From: a virus
Lineage: Duplodnaviria > Caudoviricetes
IMG/VR virus record: IMGVR_UViG_3300038492_000435
Span: 1-37,793 of that record
Reading direction: 5' to 3' (one strand)
DNA: 37,793 nt
Below, in pieces: positions 33,563 to 37,793 of the stretch; position 1 is the first letter of the stretch; every line of letters starts with the position of its first letter. Under the pieces are notes generated by a model that saw only the letters and a list, made by a program, of their open reading frames with translations, ran no database searches and had not been told where the DNA came from. The translations under genes were made by a program, and so were the position numbers.

Positions 33563-34699
33563 TTAGTTTTGACGAATGATGTGATACATCACAATCGAAA
33601 CATCATTGGTCTCTGTGCTTCCGGGAGATGCAGCTTGTACGGCTGTAATTGTGAAGCTTGTGGCCGCTGAGATCGAATAGGTCAGATGACCAATCGCTGT
33701 GGAGCTATTCACATCCTGACGCTGGATAAATATCCTATCCGTAGCAGCAATGTTTGTGTTCGCAACTGTTACTGTCCCGGAGCTTAGTGTGGCTGTTCCG
33801 ATAAAGTCGGTGACAGCACCACCATTCATTTGCAACTGGGTAGCAACTGCGCCGAGAACCAAATTACCTTTGTTAACGGTGACATCTCCGGCTTCAGCCA
33901 TCGTAAGCAGCGGATCTGTCCCAATGTCGTTATCACCGCAAATGAGCAGGTCATCACTACCTGAGGCGTTATCAATCCCCATGCTGTAGTTTTGTCCGCC
34001 AGAAATTTGAAATCGAATACCTGGGTTACCACTGGATGTACCGCCAACCGCTGCCTCAAAGAACGCATCACTTGCTGCATTTGTGTTATCGGAGTTTGTT
34101 ACTTGAAGGAGAACCTCCGCGCCTGCTGCACTTCGGCTTTCCACCAAATTCCCTGTGAGGAGATTCACTTGACCATCTGAGTCGATGTTAAACTGATCCG
34201 TTCCTCCACTATCTTCTACAATGAAGAAATTAGAGCCTGCCGCATCTCCGAGTTGGACGATGATATCCTGGCTTGCAGCTGCGTTGATGTTAAGATCTGC
34301 TGCTGAAGCTGTGTAGATCGGAGATGTGACACTTGTGGCAAGTGAAATAGCCGCATCTAGGTTAAATGTGATTGTGCTTCCGGCACCGGCGGTCGTGATA
34401 TTCGTTCCACCTGCTAGAGTAATATTTCCACCGGAAGGAGAAAGAGCCCCACCGCTGTCACCTGTTAGCGTATCTACATCTGAAGCACCTGGAGAGGCTA
34501 GGGCCCAGGTTGCAGAGCCTGCGGCGACATTAGTGAGAACCCAGCTTTGATTATTGCTACGGTCTACCCATAGCGTACCGATAGGATAACGACGATCTGT
34601 TGTCGCAGGATTACGCTGGGCAATGATGTTTTTAGGTCTGTTGACTGGATTGACACCTAGATAGCTATCAGGGTCTTGGCCATTTCCATTGATCGACAT
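33563..34699 (-). CDS. Tail fibre/spike protein
   Basis: 378 aa. N-terminal YLGV......I...RNP..TD..Y..GTLWV anchor, TLTGDSGGA motif, C-terminal GTATLSSGTVTVANT. Confidence 0.75.
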   Translation of the reverse strand: MSINGNGQDPDSYLGVNPVNRPKNIIAQRNPATTDRRYPIGTLWVDRSNNQSWVLTNVAAGSATWALASPGASDVDTLTGDSGGALSPSGGNITLAGGTNITTAGAGSTITFNLDAAISLATSVTSPIYTASAADLNINAAASQDIIVQLGDAAGSNFFIVEDSGGTDQFNIDSDGQVNLLTGNLVESRSAAGAEVLLQVTNSDNTNAASDAFFEAAVGGTSSGNPGIRFQISGGQNYSMGIDNASGSDDLLICGDNDIGTDPLLTMAEAGDVTVNKGNLVLGAVATQLQMNGGAVTDFIGTATLSSGTVTVANTNIAATDRIFIQRQDVNSSTAIGHLTYSISAATSFTITAVQAASPGSTETNDVSIVMYHIIRQN

Positions 34700-34765
34700 G
34701 GGAAACTACTCCTACCATGTTAAAATTTGAGATATACCAGTGATAACATGGGAAGGGGTAATAAT

Positions 34766-34903
34766 CTACTTTTTCTTTGTCTTCTTTGACTTTCTCTTGC
34801 GACGCTCTTTTTGGAGCTGTTGAAGCATTTCGGTCATCTGCTGACGGTTAAGTTTTTCCAGTCTCTTACGGAAAATTTCTATTGAGTTTCCTTTATCCGC
34901 CAC
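34766..34903 (-). CDS. 45-aa basic micro-protein (not in the ORF track)
   Basis: GTG start with SD GAGGGA. MADKGNSIEIFRKRLEKLNRQQMTEMLQQLQKERRKRKSKKTKKK*. Overlaps the stop of 34893..36617. Confidence 0.65.
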   Translation of the reverse strand: MADKGNSIEIFRKRLEKLNRQQMTEMLQQLQKERRKRKSKKTKKK

Positions 34904-36617
34904 CTCTGTCCCTCGCTTTTTCTACGACTCTACGCCGAATTTCGGTTTCCTTCCCACCTTTGTAGCGCCTTCCAGATTTACCTTGAGATTTAGCTTTTTT
35001 GATTTCCTGACTGATCTGCTTTGTGACTGCAAAGATCATCTCTTCAAGCACATCATCTGGGATATCCTGTAAAGCTGCCTCTGTCTTCTTAAGGTCTTCC
35101 TTGCGTGTCGCTGCTTTTGAGCGCAACACAAGGTCTTCGAAGTTGTCAACGTACTGAGTGACAGCAAATACCTTGTCAGCATCACGGACCTTTAGAAGGT
35201 CTTCATCCTTCACATATTTCTCAGAAATTGCACGGTAAGGATAGAGAGCATCACCGTTTTCATCCTTCGCCTTGATGAACTTGTCGAATGCATGGCCAAT
35301 GCTAGGGTTCTTACCAGTGAACCAAGCACGGAACATGTTTTCACCGCGCGTTACAGCCTCTCCGCTTCCCTTTAGGACCTCTTCAATGGCACTTTCAGGA
35401 ACATCGAAATACTCATACATCGCCCCTTTCTTCCCTACTCCAGATGGGGCAAACAAAGTCTGAAGCTTTTGCTCTTTTGGATCGTAGTCGATATATCGGA
35501 TGTTAGACGACTTGAGAGCTTTTAATGGCTTTACATCTCGGCTTAGGCCTTCACCTCGAGGTCCAGTATCGATCTTCCCAATTGAAGAGACAAAATCATG
35601 GATATCTTTGCCTCCCGTTCCAATGTAAAGCGGCTTTACATTACCTTGTTCAAGTTCCTGAACTGCCTCCTGTTCTAGCTTGCTCTCTGAAGGAATGGGA
35701 GGGGGCCCTTCCACTTCGCCCTTTTCCCCCTCCTCTCCTTCTCTGACTTTTCTCTGAGCCTCCTGGATGATCTCAAGAATCGGACGGCCTTCCTGATCTT
35801 CAATAGACTTCAGCCTGTCCTTTCGGAAATTCTGCTCTAGCCCTCTCTTGATTGTATAGGGATCATCGACCTGTCTTAGCCAGTCATCAATAACCCTCCC
35901 ATACCTTGCACGCAACAATTCTAAGCTCTTTTCTGGAGTTCCTCGTGGAACCTCCTCAACCTGAGCTTCAACCTTGGCTTCTTCCATAGGCTGACCAGGC
36001 GCCTGGGTGACCACCTCATCAGCTGCTAGCTCCTGCTCATCTCCTGGCTTTACATCCTTGACCTCTCCGGCCTGTATTGCTGCTAAGAGCTTAGGAGCCT
36101 GCGAAACTGCTGCTGCTGTACCTCCAGCCTTGATTAGGCTTTTGAGCCAATCAGAGAGCCCCATTCGGCCACCTTGTTCAACGTGCTGATTGTATCTCTT
36201 GAGGAGGTCGTTATACCCAGTAAAACCACCAGCGGCTCCAGCAAGCGCACCTACTGGACCTCCCGCAAGTCCTCCCGCCGCTGCCCCCAAGCCAGTCGAA
36301 AGGATCCTCCCAGGATCCAAAACCTCGGAGATTGCATCTTTCTGCTCATGCTCGGCCTCGAACTGCTTTACAGATTCAGGGCGCATATCTCCCATAACTT
36401 TTAAGGCACGCTCATACGATGGAACGCCCTTCTTTTGATGTGTTCCTAGGGTCGTGTCCATGCCCTTCCCTAGGAAGTCCATGATCTCGTCAGCTGTATA
36501 GCCAAACGCCATGGCATTCTTAATCTTGTCAGCAATCTTAGGACTCATCTTTGAAAGGAACTCTATAACGTCCTTTGCTGAGTGGCTTGCTAGTCTGAGA
36601 TTCGTAAATGGGTTCAT
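34893..36617 (-). CDS. Putative ejection/internal virion protein with a KTSC domain
   Basis: 574 aa. Gly zipper (GLGAAAGGLAGGPVGALAGAAGG) and KTSC pattern SSNIRYIDYDP....L...F.......YEYFDVP...SIGHAF..FIK. Confidence 0.75.
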   Translation of the reverse strand: MNPFTNLRLASHSAKDVIEFLSKMSPKIADKIKNAMAFGYTADEIMDFLGKGMDTTLGTHQKKGVPSYERALKVMGDMRPESVKQFEAEHEQKDAISEVLDPGRILSTGLGAAAGGLAGGPVGALAGAAGGFTGYNDLLKRYNQHVEQGGRMGLSDWLKSLIKAGGTAAAVSQAPKLLAAIQAGEVKDVKPGDEQELAADEVVTQAPGQPMEEAKVEAQVEEVPRGTPEKSLELLRARYGRVIDDWLRQVDDPYTIKRGLEQNFRKDRLKSIEDQEGRPILEIIQEAQRKVREGEEGEKGEVEGPPPIPSESKLEQEAVQELEQGNVKPLYIGTGGKDIHDFVSSIGKIDTGPRGEGLSRDVKPLKALKSSNIRYIDYDPKEQKLQTLFAPSGVGKKGAMYEYFDVPESAIEEVLKGSGEAVTRGENMFRAWFTGKNPSIGHAFDKFIKAKDENGDALYPYRAISEKYVKDEDLLKVRDADKVFAVTQYVDNFEDLVLRSKAATRKEDLKKTEAALQDIPDDVLEEMIFAVTKQISQEIKKAKSQGKSGRRYKGGKETEIRRRVVEKARDRGGG

Positions 36618-37793
36618 TGTACCAACGTGTTGAGGGCTTCCATTACGGTTCTGTCTTCTGTCATGATTTCTAAGATAGATGGTCGCGTATTTTCCATCAT
36701 GTACGATTGCTCTCGGTTTTGGTGAGGCTGTAATCTCATGCCCTTCGTCACCTCATCGATGATTTCGTTTGCTTCTCTATCCGAATACCCCTTTTCTAGG
36801 ACTAACTTTGTCTTCAAAAGTAACAGCGAATCAGATGGCTTGAAACTCTCTCTTAGAGAGGCAACAGCCTCTTCCTTGTTGTCTTCAAACAGTCCTCGAC
36901 GGTCTGGAAAAATCCCAGGTCTCTCCATTTTTAGCTCCATTCTAGGAGCCTTCTTAAATCCTGATTCTAAAGCTTCGCTAAAGGGTTGGACAATTCCAGT
37001 CGCTTCACGTCTAGACCATCCTGAATTCATCAAAGTAGACTTCAAAAGCTCTCTATCTTCATCGGTGTTTCCATATTCTCTTAGGTGGCCGGTTGCCCAT
37101 TTTCTAGCTTGTTGGAATCTTTCCTTTTGGTTCCCCCTTATAATAGGTCGGAAGTTCTTCTGCGCCGAGGTTGCTATATCATTGATCTTTCGCTCAATCT
37201 TACGACCTGCCTCATTCCATAAAGCTTGTTCACTTTTTCCTCTGTTCTCTGGTTTTGCTCGTTCTTGCTCAAACAAATTTACAGAGATTCGGTTCCATTG
37301 CTCAGGGTTCCCAGCTACACCATTCTTTTCTAACAACTTTGATGTTTTATCAACCACATCCGCTGCGACCTCTTTTTCAAGCTCCCTCTGTGCAGCTCTT
37401 TCAGCATTACGCTGCTGAGCCATTTCGATCTCTTGCTGGCGCATACGAATTAGCTGGTCTTCGGCACGTTGCTGAGCCTGATTGGCTCCTGCTACGTCTC
37501 CAACTTCAAGAAAAGGTGCTCTAATCTGATCGATTGCCTGGGGAGACAAAAAATACTGACCGACCTCCATGGATTCTGACTGAGGAATCTGACGCAAGTC
37601 TCTTGGCTGTGGCTCTTGTCCTGGCATTCCCCGTTGCATAGCTGCCATCGCTTGAGGTTGGCCTAAAGCTTGCTCTCCTTCACCCAAAAATTGCTGAGAC
37701 TGCCCCTCCTCTGGTTGCGGCTGCGCTGGTTGTCTTTGCTGTGCTGCAAGATCTCTAGTTCCAATAGCTCGTCTAGCAGCGGACTCTTGGGCT
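36614..37793 (-). CDS. 3' part of the ~480-aa putative ejection protein that starts at 363
   Basis: Open frame runs from the window end to TGA at 36614. Helical and Q/E/R-rich. ATGA-coupled to 34893..36617. Confidence 0.85.
   Translation of the reverse strand, partial: AQESAARRAIGTRDLAAQQRQPAQPQPEEGQSQQFLGEGEQALGQPQAMAAMQRGMPGQEPQPRDLRQIPQSESMEVGQYFLSPQAIDQIRAPFLEVGDVAGANQAQQRAEDQLIRMRQQEIEMAQQRNAERAAQRELEKEVAADVVDKTSKLLEKNGVAGNPEQWNRISVNLFEQERAKPENRGKSEQALWNEAGRKIERKINDIATSAQKNFRPIIRGNQKERFQQARKWATGHLREYGNTDEDRELLKSTLMNSGWSRREATGIVQPFSEALESGFKKAPRMELKMERPGIFPDRRGLFEDNKEEAVASLRESFKPSDSLLLLKTKLVLEKGYSDREANEIIDEVTKGMRLQPHQNREQSYMMENTRPSILEIMTEDRTVMEALNTLVQ
37694..37793. repeat. Terminal direct repeat, right copy
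   Basis: 99/100 identical to 1-100. Confidence 0.97.

Noticed and set aside
25513-34699. Diversity-generating retroelement or shufflon acting on fibre genes
   Set aside because: No reverse transcriptase or invertase, no adenine-specific TR/VR pair, and all genes are co-oriented without inverted crossover sites.
1-37793. Alternative genetic code, tRNA genes, CRISPR array, introns or inteins
   Set aside because: TAA, TAG and TGA all end genes at tight junctions. Core genes are uninterrupted and of normal length. I saw no cloverleaf or repeat-spacer pattern in the short intergenic gaps (by eye only).

Overview
The window is an apparently complete, circularly assembled tailed dsDNA phage genome. 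The unique length is 37,693 bp, and bases 1-100 repeat at 37694-37793 with one mismatch. It has a podovirus-type layout. Nearly all genes are on the minus strand: small terminase, PBSX-type large terminase, P22-like portal, scaffold, N4-gp56-type major capsid protein, FCCH-like beta-domain virion proteins, adaptor/nozzle, three putative ejection proteins (one split by the contig ends, one with a KTSC domain) and a ~9.4 kb block of paralogous tail fibre/receptor-binding genes. A divergent control region at ~21.8 kb separates a Cro/YdaS-like HTH and an O-like replication initiator (minus strand) from a plus-strand early operon. That operon holds an unannotated 39-aa acidic peptide, Bet, a YqaJ exonuclease and a protein with a stand-alone sigma70 region 4. 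I recognise no integrase, CI repressor, DNA polymerase, helicase, endolysin, tRNA, CRISPR array or reverse transcriptase. The most notable items are several small ORFs missing from the track (a candidate DNA-mimic peptide in the lambda gam position and very basic micro-proteins, one overprinted), a candidate antisense RNA opposite the replication-gene leader, a structured scaffold-gene leader, and indirect hints of an intracellular, peptidoglycan-poor host such as Chlamydiota or Dependentiae. The host idea is inference only. All family calls come from motif recognition by eye, not database searches.
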